A DNA stretch of 64,000 bases from NCBI GenBank assembly GCA_963762255.1, contig CAVXKA010000001.1:480001-544000 (forward strand), read 5' to 3'. The DNA comes from Candidatus Eiseniibacteriota bacterium. Its GTDB lineage: Bacteria; Eisenbacteria; RBG-16-71-46; JABDJR01. The notes under the pieces were generated by a model. It was not told where the DNA came from. It saw nothing but the letters and a program-made list of their open reading frames with translations, and did not search any database. The position numbers and the translations under genes are program-made. Positions 52,763 through 62,449 of this stretch are shown one piece after another; within the stretch, counting starts at the first letter, position 1, and every line of letters starts with the position of its first letter.

Positions 52763-53467
52763 TCAACGATACATCTGCTTGACTCGACTCCAGCTCGTGG
52801 CCTCGACCGGCACGGGCGGCCGACAGGCAGGCACGCGTATGCCCCCGCCGTCGGTGAGGAACCTGACCAGCGGCTTCGTGCCGTTCTTGCCCACGGCCCC
52901 CGAGAGATCGCGCCCCCCCTTCACGAACCAGAGCCCCTCGGTGGGTGGGGCGACGCTTTTGAAGCTGACGATCAGCACGGGATCGTCTGGATCGGTCGGG
53001 TAGGACACGCCATCACCGTCGGGCACCAGCCCCCCCTCGCAGAACCCGACCTTCATGCCGTTCGTGTGGCAGTCCTGACCGAGGCCGGGCTCGTTGAACC
53101 CATACGAGTCCTCCGCCACCTCCAGGGAGCAGACCGACTCCGATTCCCCACCGAGCGTGATGCCGCTGTCACCGTCAAGGATGATGCTGCTCGCGGCCTC
53201 GCCTTCGCATTCGAAACGGATGGAGATATGGCTGGGGTCGCGATAGGTGATCCGTCCCTGATCCACGCGGTACAGACGGTAGGTGTAGGTGTACAGCCCA
53301 TGAATGTCCGGTCCCTGCACGTCCGAGATGACGCCGAAGTCGAACCCGACATCCTGCTGCTCCGCCACGCCGTCCCAGCATGAGTCGGCGAACGCGGGAG
53401 AGTAGATGATGAGAAGACCCGCCGCAGCGAGTGCGGCCAGGATAATGCGTCTTAGCACGATGACCAT
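52763..53467 (-). CDS. Secreted protein with C-terminal TSWSRVKQMY tail
   Basis: Signal peptide AFA-D; ends PVPVEATSWSRVKQMYR. Confidence 0.72.
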   Translation of the reverse strand: MVIVLRRIILAALAAAGLLIIYSPAFADSCWDGVAEQQDVGFDFGVISDVQGPDIHGLYTYTYRLYRVDQGRITYRDPSHISIRFECEGEAASSIILDGDSGITLGGESESVCSLEVAEDSYGFNEPGLGQDCHTNGMKVGFCEGGLVPDGDGVSYPTDPDDPVLIVSFKSVAPPTEGLWFVKGGRDLSGAVGKNGTKPLVRFLTDGGGIRVPACRPPVPVEATSWSRVKQMYR

Positions 53468-53848
53468 CCCTTCGTTAAATGCCGGCGGCGCCTTGCCAAG
53501 GGACACCGCCCCCCCAATTGCGTCACGACAAAAAAAACAGGGACCCCTCCTCGTCAAATGGACGAGGAAGCGCCCCATCGGTATGGATCAAGCAATGACA
53601 GCTGGGCCGGCGCCCGCCGGCCTTCGCTTCGTGTTCCCGGACATAATGGTACCATGAAAATCACGGGCGGATCGCAACATTTATTTTCTCAACGAAGGGA
53701 ATTTGCGCGCCCGAAGGCAGCCGATTCGTGCGGAGTCCATGTTCGTTGCATTTCACAAATAGTGGGTGAAATTCCCCGTTGGACGCGCCGGGATGCGCCG
53801 TTGCCGCATCCGAAGGGGTTCTAGCGAAAGAAGACGCGCGTCAGACCG

Positions 53849-54943
53849 CTATTTTTGCGGGAAATGTCGGAATCCGAGGGGGGGCAGCGACGCCCACCCC
53901 CCTGCGTGCGGGACAAAAATCCCCGCTCGACCCTCGGCGACTTCTCCGATCTCGGTAATCGGGATTCCAGCCAGCCGCCCCTTGTCGCGGGCCCGCTTCG
54001 CGGCGCGGGGAGGCAGCGTGAAGAGAAGTTCGTAATCCTCGCCGCCGCGCAGGCACGCCACGACCGCGTGCTCGCCCAGGGCGTGGGCCAGGGCCTCGAA
54101 CCGGGGCCGGATCGGCAGGCGGTCGGGGTCGATGTTGAACCGCGCTCCCGACTCGGCGAGGTGGCCGAGATCGACGGAGAGGCCGTCCGAGAGGTCGATG
54201 AGGCTGGTGGGCCGGAGCGCGCGCAGTGCGAGCGCGAGTCGAACGCGCGGCTCGGGGAGAAGGAAGCGCCGAAGCGCCGCCGCGGCTTCGACGTCGCTCG
54301 TGCGCAGCTCGCGCCGCCATGCGGGTTCTCCCGCGGGCGGAGGAAACCAGGGATCGCGGGCGGTCCGCTTGCGGCCGCTCGGGGCGGCCGGGAGCACTGC
54401 CGAGAGGAGGCGAAGCCCAAGATAGGCCAGACCCGGGCGCCCGGAGACGAACACCCGGTCGCCGGGACGCGCCCCTGTCCGAAGCAGCGGTTTCCCGCTC
54501 GGGAAGCCGCCGAGCAGAAAAACCGTGACGGAGATGCGTTCGCCGCGCGCCAGGTTCCCGCCGATCACCTGCACGCCTTCGCGGCGCGCCAGCCGGCGCA
54601 TGCCGCGATACATCCGCTCTACGGCCGAGACCGACGTCGTCGGGGGGAGGATGAGCGAGACCAGCGCGTGGGTCGGCCGGCCACCCATGGCCGCGGCGTC
54701 GGAGAGGTTGGCGGCCAGCGCCTTGTGCCCGACTTCCTCGGGGAGAAACCACGCTCGATGAAAATGCGTCCCCTCGACGAGGACATCCGTGGTGAGCAGT
54801 GCGTGAGTGCCACGCAGAGGAACGACCGCAGCGTCGTCGCCGATCCCGACGCTGTCGCGCGGGGGCGCACCGAGAACCCGGGCGATCCGACGGATAAGGC
54901 CGGTCTCACCCAGGTCAGCGACGGTGAGCTGAGGGTCGGTCAG
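53849..54943 (-). CDS. thiL: Thiamine-monophosphate kinase (probable CTG start)
   Basis: The frame continues upstream of the ORF-track start as LGETGLI..GIGDDAA..TTDVLVEGTHF..NLSDAAAMGG; IDLSDGL, GGEDYEL, GFRHF. Confidence 0.92.
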   Translation of the reverse strand: MTDPQLTVADLGETGLIRRIARVLGAPPRDSVGIGDDAAVVPLRGTHALLTTDVLVEGTHFHRAWFLPEEVGHKALAANLSDAAAMGGRPTHALVSLILPPTTSVSAVERMYRGMRRLARREGVQVIGGNLARGERISVTVFLLGGFPSGKPLLRTGARPGDRVFVSGRPGLAYLGLRLLSAVLPAAPSGRKRTARDPWFPPPAGEPAWRRELRTSDVEAAAALRRFLLPEPRVRLALALRALRPTSLIDLSDGLSVDLGHLAESGARFNIDPDRLPIRPRFEALAHALGEHAVVACLRGGEDYELLFTLPPRAAKRARDKGRLAGIPITEIGEVAEGRAGIFVPHAGGWASLPPLGFRHFPQK

Positions 54944-55140
54944 CGGACCAACCTGACGACGTAGCCCGCGCCCTTCTTGCTGAGCTGGACCTTCTCCTCG
55001 CGGGCCAGCCAGCCGACCCCCATCTGGACCATGGAAGGAGTCTGCTTGAGCTCCTCCTTGATGTCGTTCAGAGAGGCCTCGCCAAGCCGCTCCAGAAGAT
55101 GGTAGATATCACCGGCGACGAAACCGACCTGGTTATTCAT
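54940..55140 (-). CDS. Small winged-helix protein (DUF2582-like)
   Basis: VGFVAGDIY..GVGWLAREEK; GAGGAGG RBS. Confidence 0.8.
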   Translation of the reverse strand: MNNQVGFVAGDIYHLLERLGEASLNDIKEELKQTPSMVQMGVGWLAREEKVQLSKKGAGYVVRLVR

Positions 55141-55330
55141 CACGAAAACCTCCTCTTGTTGCCTTGGTTGAAATCGCAGCAAGCTTAGGCATTCGGGGGG
55201 ATGGGGTCAAGATGAAGGGTCCATCCGACATGATGAGTCATCTATTCGGGGGGAAGAACGGTCCGATCCCCCGGAATCGACATCTGTTCTCGGGGAGAAA
55301 TGGGGCGCACAATACCTTGAGGAGGAAATC

Positions 55331-56140
55331 GTGAAGCGCCTAATCGTCACCCGCCCCGGTCGCAAGATCCGTCTCAAAGACATCCGGACCGACGACGAAC
55401 TCGGTCTCGGCAGCAAGGAAGAGGCACACGAGCTCCTGAAGGCGGACCTGGAACGCCTGGGCGAACTCCAGCATCTGCTTTACGCCGACGATCGCTTCGC
55501 CCTGATGATCGTTCTCCAGGCCATGGACACCGGGGGGAAGGACGGGACGATCCGAAACGTCATGTCCGGGTTCGACCCCGTGGGCTGTGTCGTGACGTCG
55601 TTCAAGGTTCCCACGGAGGACGAACTGGACCACGATTTTCTTTGGCGCATCCACAGGGCGGTGCCGCCTCGGGGCGTGATCGGCGTGCTCAACCGATCGC
55701 ACTACGAAGACGTGCTCGTGGTGCGCGTGCACAAGCTCGTATCCAGGGAGACTTGGAAGCTTCGCTACCGCCAGATCAATGACTTCGAGCGGATGCTCAC
55801 CGAGAACGGCGTTCCGATCCTCAAGTTCTTCCTGCATATCAGCAAGGAGGAACAGGCGCTCCGGCTCAAGGCGCGTCTAGAGGACAAGACCAAGAACTGG
55901 AAATTTTCGCCGGCGGATATCGAGGAGCGCAAGCTCTGGAAGGATTATCAGGCGGCGTTCGAGGACGCCATCAACGCGTGCACCACGAAGTGGGCGCCGT
56001 GGCACATCGTTCCCGCCGACAAGAAATGGGTGCGAGACTGCGTCGTCGCCCGCGCCCTGCTCGAAAAGCTGGAGTCGCTCGATCTCCGGTACCCGAAACC
56101 GCTCTCCAAGGCGGCACTCTCGAAGATTGTGATCGGCTAG
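55331..56140 (+). CDS. ppk2: Polyphosphate kinase 2 family protein (class III-like)
   Basis: QAMDTGGKDG Walker A, HDFLWR, NRSHYEDVL, NWKFS, APWHIVPADKKW. Confidence 0.93.
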   Translation: MKRLIVTRPGRKIRLKDIRTDDELGLGSKEEAHELLKADLERLGELQHLLYADDRFALMIVLQAMDTGGKDGTIRNVMSGFDPVGCVVTSFKVPTEDELDHDFLWRIHRAVPPRGVIGVLNRSHYEDVLVVRVHKLVSRETWKLRYRQINDFERMLTENGVPILKFFLHISKEEQALRLKARLEDKTKNWKFSPADIEERKLWKDYQAAFEDAINACTTKWAPWHIVPADKKWVRDCVVARALLEKLESLDLRYPKPLSKAALSKIVIG

Positions 56141-56240
56141 ATTCCCGGATCAGCAGGCTTGTAGTAACGGGCGAGGAGAAGTAGTATGAAGGCCTGCGGA
56201 GTTCATTAGACTTAATTCGTCAATTATCGGGCTCCGTCGC

Positions 56241-57689
56241 GTGGAGGATTGTGTCGCAATTGTACAAAGCACTCGCTCGCCCGCCGACGACCCCAGAAGA
56301 GACCCGACCATGTCGCGCTCGATCAATTTGATTCGTTTTTGCATAGGGCCCCATGTTTCCCTCAGGGTCTCCCATCTTCTGGCTCTCCTGGCCTGCGTAA
56401 TCGCCTGTTTCTCCTCCAACGCCACCGGGGCCGACCCCCGGTTCGGTGATTCCACCTGGGTGGCCCCCGTCATGCCGATCGTGGGGGATCCCGGAAGCGC
56501 GGGCCCACGGGTGGCCGAGCCGGATCGCGAGCGCGCGTGGGAAACCGCGCTGCGTACGCCGTTCCGCGTCGTCTTCCTTCCGCTGCGCTTTCTGGCGCGT
56601 GGCATGGAGGCCGGCGTGGGTCATTTCGGAGGGAAGTTCCTCGACCCGAAGCCGAAGGAGGCGCCACGGCCGGGGCTGGCCCTCGGACCGCACGTGGACC
56701 TCAGCGGCGCGAGCGACGGACTCGGCGGGATCGGAGCGGGACCGGCCCTCACTTGGACCGGGTTCCCGACCGCGGATTCGCGGATGGTGGCGTCAGGCAC
56801 GATGTCCATCAACGATCGCCGCCGCGCACGTCTTCGTGGGGTGGTCGGAGATCGGCGCCTGGTCGGCCTTCTCCTGCGGGTCGACTACGAGTACCGGCCG
56901 GACCGAAGCTACTACGGCATCGGGAACGACGCGCGAGAGTCGGACCGTGCCTACTACCGCCTCGAGACCACGAGCGCAGAGGCAGGGTTGTTCTACGGGG
57001 CCTCGCCGCTGCGCCGCGTGCGGCTTCTGGGCGGCTACTCGGGGATTAGTCCGGGCCGCGGATACCACGGAAGCCCCCTGCTCGACGACGTGTTCACGCC
57101 GGGGAGCGTGCCCTACGACCGCGTAGCCACTCGCGTTCTCACGTACGGAATCGCCGGAGACCTGGCCACCCTCGATGACTTGGCTGTCCCGTCGCTCGGT
57201 CTTCACGGTCGTGCCGAGCTGAGGCAAGCGGCGGGCATGCGCGGAATCGACCCTGATTACACGCAGTGGCTGGTCGAGGGCCGGGCCTACGTGCCGGTGT
57301 TCGCCCACCGCCGCGTGCTCGCCCTGCGCGCCCTGTACACCGGCGTGGATCCGACCGGCAGTACGTCGGTCCTCCCCTTCTATCGTCTCCCGGTGACCGA
57401 AAACCCGTTCCGCCTCGTCGGCTATGCCTCGCAGCGCTTCCGGGACCGTCAGCTCATCCTCTGTCGCATCGAGTACCGCTGGATCATCGGGCGCAATCTG
57501 AGCGCGGTGGCCCTGTACGAACTCAGCGAGGTGGCTTTCGAAAGGCGGGCGTTCACCCTCCGGAGCATGCACTCGGCGTGGGGGGGCGGCCTCCGTCTGG
57601 GAATGAACGACGCGACGGCTGCTCGCCTCGAGTTGGGGAAGAGCGTCGAGGGGCTCCATGCCGTCCTGCGGTTCGCGAGCGACTTCTGA
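56241..57689 (+). CDS. Omp85 (BamA/TamA-like) beta-barrel without evident POTRA domains (start may be ATG 56310)
   Basis: Hydrophobic signal, LPFY..LVGY..RFRD loop-6-like motif, EYRW, GGGLR, terminal Phe. Confidence 0.75.
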   Translation: MEDCVAIVQSTRSPADDPRRDPTMSRSINLIRFCIGPHVSLRVSHLLALLACVIACFSSNATGADPRFGDSTWVAPVMPIVGDPGSAGPRVAEPDRERAWETALRTPFRVVFLPLRFLARGMEAGVGHFGGKFLDPKPKEAPRPGLALGPHVDLSGASDGLGGIGAGPALTWTGFPTADSRMVASGTMSINDRRRARLRGVVGDRRLVGLLLRVDYEYRPDRSYYGIGNDARESDRAYYRLETTSAEAGLFYGASPLRRVRLLGGYSGISPGRGYHGSPLLDDVFTPGSVPYDRVATRVLTYGIAGDLATLDDLAVPSLGLHGRAELRQAAGMRGIDPDYTQWLVEGRAYVPVFAHRRVLALRALYTGVDPTGSTSVLPFYRLPVTENPFRLVGYASQRFRDRQLILCRIEYRWIIGRNLSAVALYELSEVAFERRAFTLRSMHSAWGGGLRLGMNDATAARLELGKSVEGLHAVLRFASDF

Positions 57690-59353
57690 TGCGAGTTCTC
57701 TTCGTCACCCCCGTGCTCATCTTCTTCTCAGTTATTGCGACCCCCGGGGCCTCTCCGTCCCACGCCGCGGACGACTCGCCGAAGCCGGGAATCAACGACA
57801 GCACGTGGGTGGATCACGATGGCCTTCCCATTGCGCAGCCTCCCGATTGGGGGCCGACTCTCTGGGGTAGCCTGTTCCGCGAGGGAATCGTCGAGCCTCT
57901 ATCCCACATGTTCGACGTGCCCGACAAGCTGCTGAGCACCACGGAGGTTTTCGGCGCGGATCCGGAGCGCGAGGCGGTGAACGTGAACGCGTTCGACGAA
58001 GCGCCCAACTCGACTTGGTTCACGAACCGCAACCACATGCGAGCCGTGCCGGTGACCGAGTTCGAAGAGGCCCACGGCGCGCTGCGACCCACGAAACCAT
58101 GGACCATCAAGAAACCGAAGCAAGGCGGAAACACCGTGGGCTTCCAGATCAAGGATGCCGACGGTAAGAAGTGGCTCGTCAAGCTGGATCCGGCCGGTTA
58201 CCCGCAGCTCAGCTCGGGCGCGGACCTGATCACGAGTAGCCTGCTCCAGGCCGCGGGCTACAACCTCCCGCACAATCCGATCGTGAGTTTCCGGCGAAGC
58301 GATCTCAAGATCGATGAGGATCTGCTGCAAGGTAAGGAGGGGGCGCCGTTCACGGAAGCCGACCTCGATTCGCTGCTCGCATCGGGCGCGCTCCTGTCGG
58401 ACGGCAGCTACTCGGGTTTCGCCAGCCTGTTCCTCTCCGGCCACGTGCTGGGCTCTCCGAGCACACGCCGGCTTCGCCCGGGCGATACGAACGACTGGTA
58501 CTCGCACATGAACCGCCGCGAGCTTCGCGGTCTGTACGTGTTGAGTTCCTGGCTCAACAGTTGGGACACCAAGGATCTCCAGTTCCTCGACACGTTTGTC
58601 GAGACGCGAGACAGCCTGGGACACGTCGACCATTACATACTCGACGTAGGCGCGTCTCTCGGCGTGGGAGCCGAGGGGCCGAAGAAGCTGGCGAGCGGGT
58701 TCGAGCACACGATCGACTTCGAGTGGACCGCATGGCGGATCCTGAGCCTGGGCTTTGTCGTGGAACCCTGGCGCCGGGCCCGCCAAGAAACCGGCATTCC
58801 CTCGGTGGGGAACTTCGAGTCGGCGGTCTACAAACCGGCCAAGTTCAAGGCCCTGGTACAACACCCGGCGTTCCGTGAGATGACGGACCGGGACGGCTAC
58901 TGGGGAGCCAAGATCGTGGCGTCCTTTTCCAATGCCCAGATCGCAGCGGCGGTGGACGCGGTCCACTACGAGGACCCGCGTTCCGCCCCCTACCTGGTGC
59001 GATGCCTGATCGAGCGGCGCGACAAGACCGCCCGCTACTGGTTCGACCGGGTCGCCCCCTTGGACTTCTTCTCGGTGCGAGACGGGGTGCTGCGCTTCCA
59101 CGACTTGGCGGTGGACGTCGGCCTGGCGCAGCCTCGGGCCTATGAAGTGAAAGCCCGATCACCGGAAGGCGGTGTTTCGATGGGCGAGAAGGCCCGCCTG
59201 AGCGACACGGCACTACTTCTGATTGACCTCGGTAACATCGCGTCCCGCGTTTCGCTCGAGTTCTCCATCGCGGGGAACGGAGCGAAGCCGACGCGCGTGG
59301 AGCTGAGACGAGGGGGCTCTGGATGGGTGATAACTCAAGTACGGCACGGATGA
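57689..59353 (+). CDS. Secreted protein with atypical (HipA/PI3K-like) kinase-type motifs
   Basis: TGATG overlap; signal peptide SHA-A; KQGGNT..WLVKLD, WLNSWDTK, YILDVG. Confidence 0.6.
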   Translation: MRVLFVTPVLIFFSVIATPGASPSHAADDSPKPGINDSTWVDHDGLPIAQPPDWGPTLWGSLFREGIVEPLSHMFDVPDKLLSTTEVFGADPEREAVNVNAFDEAPNSTWFTNRNHMRAVPVTEFEEAHGALRPTKPWTIKKPKQGGNTVGFQIKDADGKKWLVKLDPAGYPQLSSGADLITSSLLQAAGYNLPHNPIVSFRRSDLKIDEDLLQGKEGAPFTEADLDSLLASGALLSDGSYSGFASLFLSGHVLGSPSTRRLRPGDTNDWYSHMNRRELRGLYVLSSWLNSWDTKDLQFLDTFVETRDSLGHVDHYILDVGASLGVGAEGPKKLASGFEHTIDFEWTAWRILSLGFVVEPWRRARQETGIPSVGNFESAVYKPAKFKALVQHPAFREMTDRDGYWGAKIVASFSNAQIAAAVDAVHYEDPRSAPYLVRCLIERRDKTARYWFDRVAPLDFFSVRDGVLRFHDLAVDVGLAQPRAYEVKARSPEGGVSMGEKARLSDTALLLIDLGNIASRVSLEFSIAGNGAKPTRVELRRGGSGWVITQVRHG

Positions 59354-60994
59354 CGACACGCACGCCGGACTCTCATACCGGTCGAGGCGGAGGCAGGCGC
59401 TTTGCCTTCGCAGCCGCGATCCTTGTCGTGCTCCTCGGCTGCGGCCACATCGGGCGTCTGCAGTACGTAGCCCAGCCCGTTTCTCCGGCGTCGACGGACA
59501 GCACGGAACTGAAGGCGTTCGTGGGGCCCATGCCTTGGCATCCCGCTGTTCGGCGACACGGCGATCGGCTTGGTGCCGGGCACCGCGGACTCTTCGATTC
59601 GCTTCCTGGGACGGCTGCGCAGCGGATACGCGGCGGATACGCTGAACATCATCCTGTGCGGCGACAACCGCCCGGGCTACCGCCTTGGGCGTCTCGCGCC
59701 GCAACTCCAGACCATCCGGCAGGGGGTCTCGCTGAATCCTCTCAAGGTCCTGCGCGCTCTGGTCACCATCCCCTACGCGATCGTGAAGGGACTGTATCCC
59801 GACTTCGCGCTCATCCGCGAGATTCCACCCATGATCAAGCGCATGCCTAAGTGGGGGCGCGAGCACGAAGTCATGGAAGCGATGCTGGTGAAGATCGATT
59901 CGCTGGAGACCCACGGGCAAGACGTCGCGGCGGTGATCAATGTCGGAGACGTCGTGAAAGACGGACGGTACCCCTCTCACTGGGAGCGATTCCTACGACT
60001 CACCCACCCACTCACGTCGCGGGTGCCTTACTTCCCCGTCCCCGGGAACCACGAGCGCACCGACACCGTGGAAGGGATCGAGAACTGGTGGACCGCGACG
60101 GGCCTGCCGGTCGGCGGTGATCGTCTCTATTACTGCTTCGATTCCGCCGATGGGTGGGTTCGATTCATCGCTCTGGATTCGAACCCGATCGTGAACTCAG
60201 GGAGCCACTGGACGCGTGAGGTCCAGATCAAGTACGCCGAGGAGCAATTCACCTGGTTGGTGGAGCGGGTCAAGGAGCACCGTGGGCCGGTGCTGGCCCT
60301 GCTGCATCACCCGCCGTTTTCGGCCGGCACGCACCGCCTCGAGTGGCAGAGAGATGAGTTGCTGCTCGAACAGCGCGAGCGCATGGTGCGGGCGTTGCAC
60401 GAGTCCGGAATCGCAGCCGTCGTGAGCGGGCACGATCACTCCTACCAGCGCGCCCTGCTCACCTGGCCCGATGCCGTGCTCATCGTCCTCGTCTCGGGCG
60501 GCGCTGGATCGCCTCTGCACGACATCCCGCTGCCCGCCGAGAGCGCGCGGTTGTTCAGCGAGTACAAGGTGGCCGGCTCGGTCGTGAAGCCCGAGAACGT
60601 CTTCACCAGCCAGGTGTTCAACTTCACCCACTTGCGTCTTTGGTTCGGCGGCGGCGATTTCTATACGTATGCGGTCGACCAGAACTCGAAGACGACGCTG
60701 ATCGACAAGGTGGAGATCGATCTCAACCGGTACGGCACGCCGGAGATCGATCAGCACAAGATGGTCATCCCGCCGTCCGGAGGGCCGTCAGAACCCTCGG
60801 AGGACAAGGCAAGCACGCCGGACTCGACCACGGCCACGGCCGATTCGACCACGGCGAGCGAGCGGCTCCTCTCGAAGCCGCCGCCGAGCGGGGAGTCCGA
60901 GCAACAGGGAATCAGCCCTGACAAGCCTGACTCCGTCTCGGTCAAGCCGCAGACCCCTCAGACGCCGGTGCCGGGCACGGGGCGACCCAGATAA
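59350..60994 (+). CDS. Metallophosphoesterase lipoprotein (+1 frameshift near 59535)
   Basis: ATGA overlap, LLGC lipobox; GDNR, GDVV, GNHE, HHP, GHDH calcineurin-like motifs; P/S/T-rich tail. Confidence 0.85.
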
Positions 60995-61031
60995 TGCAGC
61001 ACGTGCTTTTGCGCACGAGAACGATGGAGGA

Positions 61032-62441
61032 ATGGACATGACCACCACCGCGTCCGACCGAGGCAAAGACGCCGGGCCGCTGAGCAAGGACTCCAAGAGT
61101 CTGCTCGACCGCTTTCTGGGGATCTTCGCGGACGTGCGCGGCGGGGAGGGTGTAACTGCGCTCCTCTTGATGTTGAACATTTTCCTCCTGCTCGCGAGTT
61201 ATTACCTGCTGAAGACGATTCGTGAGCCCCTCATCCTGGCCGGGTCGGGCGGGGCGGAGATAAAGAGCTATTCCGCGGGGGTGATCGCGGGTCTCCTCCT
61301 CATCCTCGTGCCGCTCTACAGCATGCTGGCCTCACGTGTGTCGCGCGTCAAACTCATCAACGGGGTGACGCTGTTCTTCATCGCCTGCCTCGTTGCGTTC
61401 TTCTTTCTCAGCTTGAGTGGGGTTTCGATCGGCGTCGCGTTCTTCATCTGGGTCGGGATCTTCAGCATGATGATCATCGCCCAGCTCTGGGCGTTTGCTA
61501 ACGACGTGTACACCGTGGAGCAGGGAAAGCGGCTGTTCGCCATCGTGGGCTTTGGAGCGTCCCTGGGGGCCATCGCGGGGTCCTTCGTGACCGGGCAACT
61601 GGTGAAGGTGTACGGCCCCTACCCCTTCATGCTCGGCGCCGCGGGGTTGCTCGGCCTGTGCATGGTGCTCACGACTGTCATCCATTTCCGAGAGAAGCGC
61701 CGGCTCGCGGGCGCACCGCCGGCCGCCGGGGGCGGAGCGGGTGCGGACGCTGCCGTCGAGGAGACCGCCAACGTCGAGGCTCCCGTGAAGGGGCGCAGCG
61801 GCTTCGCCCTCGTTCTATCGGATCGATACTTGCTGCTCATCGGGCTCTTGATGCTTCTCGTCAACCTTGTGAATACGACCGGGGAGTACATCCTGGGAAA
61901 GACGGTCGTTGATCTCTACGCGGCAACCCATAGCGCCGGCGCTGGATCTCTCGACGAGGGAAAAGTGATCGGGGAGTTCTACGGCAACTACTTCACCGTG
62001 GTCAACGTTCTCTCGGCCCTCATCCAGGCTCTTGTTGTCTCACGCGTATTGAAGTACTTCGGCGTGAAGGTGGGGCTGCTCGTTCTGCCCGTGGTGGCGC
62101 TCATCGGCTACGGCGCCATGGCGTTCATCCCGTTGCTTCCCTTCATCCGCTCGGTGAAGCTGGCGGAGAACTCGATCGACTACTCGCTGCAGAACACCTC
62201 GCGAAACGCTCTCTATCTGCCGACGAGCCGGGAGGCGAAATACAAGGCGAAGCAAGCCAATGACACCCTCTTCGTGCGCTTCGGGGATCTCTGTTCGGCG
62301 GGGCTCGTCTTCGCCGGTGTCACATGGCTGGGATTCACGACGAAGCAGTTCGCCCTCACAAACGCCGCGCTCGTCCTCGTCTGGCTCGTCCTCGCGATCG
62401 TGATCGGCCGGCGTTTCCAGAAGCTCGCGAAGACAGCCTGA
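61032..62441 (+). CDS. NTT/Npt1-family (ATP/ADP translocase-like) carrier
   Basis: YYLLKTIRE, FFIWVGIF, QLWAFAND..QGKRLF, ENSIDYSL..LYLP..KYKAK; about 12 TMs. Confidence 0.85.
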   Translation: MDMTTTASDRGKDAGPLSKDSKSLLDRFLGIFADVRGGEGVTALLLMLNIFLLLASYYLLKTIREPLILAGSGGAEIKSYSAGVIAGLLLILVPLYSMLASRVSRVKLINGVTLFFIACLVAFFFLSLSGVSIGVAFFIWVGIFSMMIIAQLWAFANDVYTVEQGKRLFAIVGFGASLGAIAGSFVTGQLVKVYGPYPFMLGAAGLLGLCMVLTTVIHFREKRRLAGAPPAAGGGAGADAAVEETANVEAPVKGRSGFALVLSDRYLLLIGLLMLLVNLVNTTGEYILGKTVVDLYAATHSAGAGSLDEGKVIGEFYGNYFTVVNVLSALIQALVVSRVLKYFGVKVGLLVLPVVALIGYGAMAFIPLLPFIRSVKLAENSIDYSLQNTSRNALYLPTSREAKYKAKQANDTLFVRFGDLCSAGLVFAGVTWLGFTTKQFALTNAALVLVWLVLAIVIGRRFQKLAKTA

Positions 62442-62449
62442 GGCTATCC

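Noticed and set aside
53549-53775. Short inverted repeats (TCCTCGTC/GACGAGGA, ATGGTACCAT, ATTTCAC/GTGAAAT) upstream of the secreted protein
   Set aside because: Possibly operators, but no recognisable consensus or second copy to support a call
57266-57688. 141-aa N-terminal extension of the kinase-like ORF
   Set aside because: Overlaps the Omp85 gene; ATG 57689 gives a clean TGATG coupling and signal peptide
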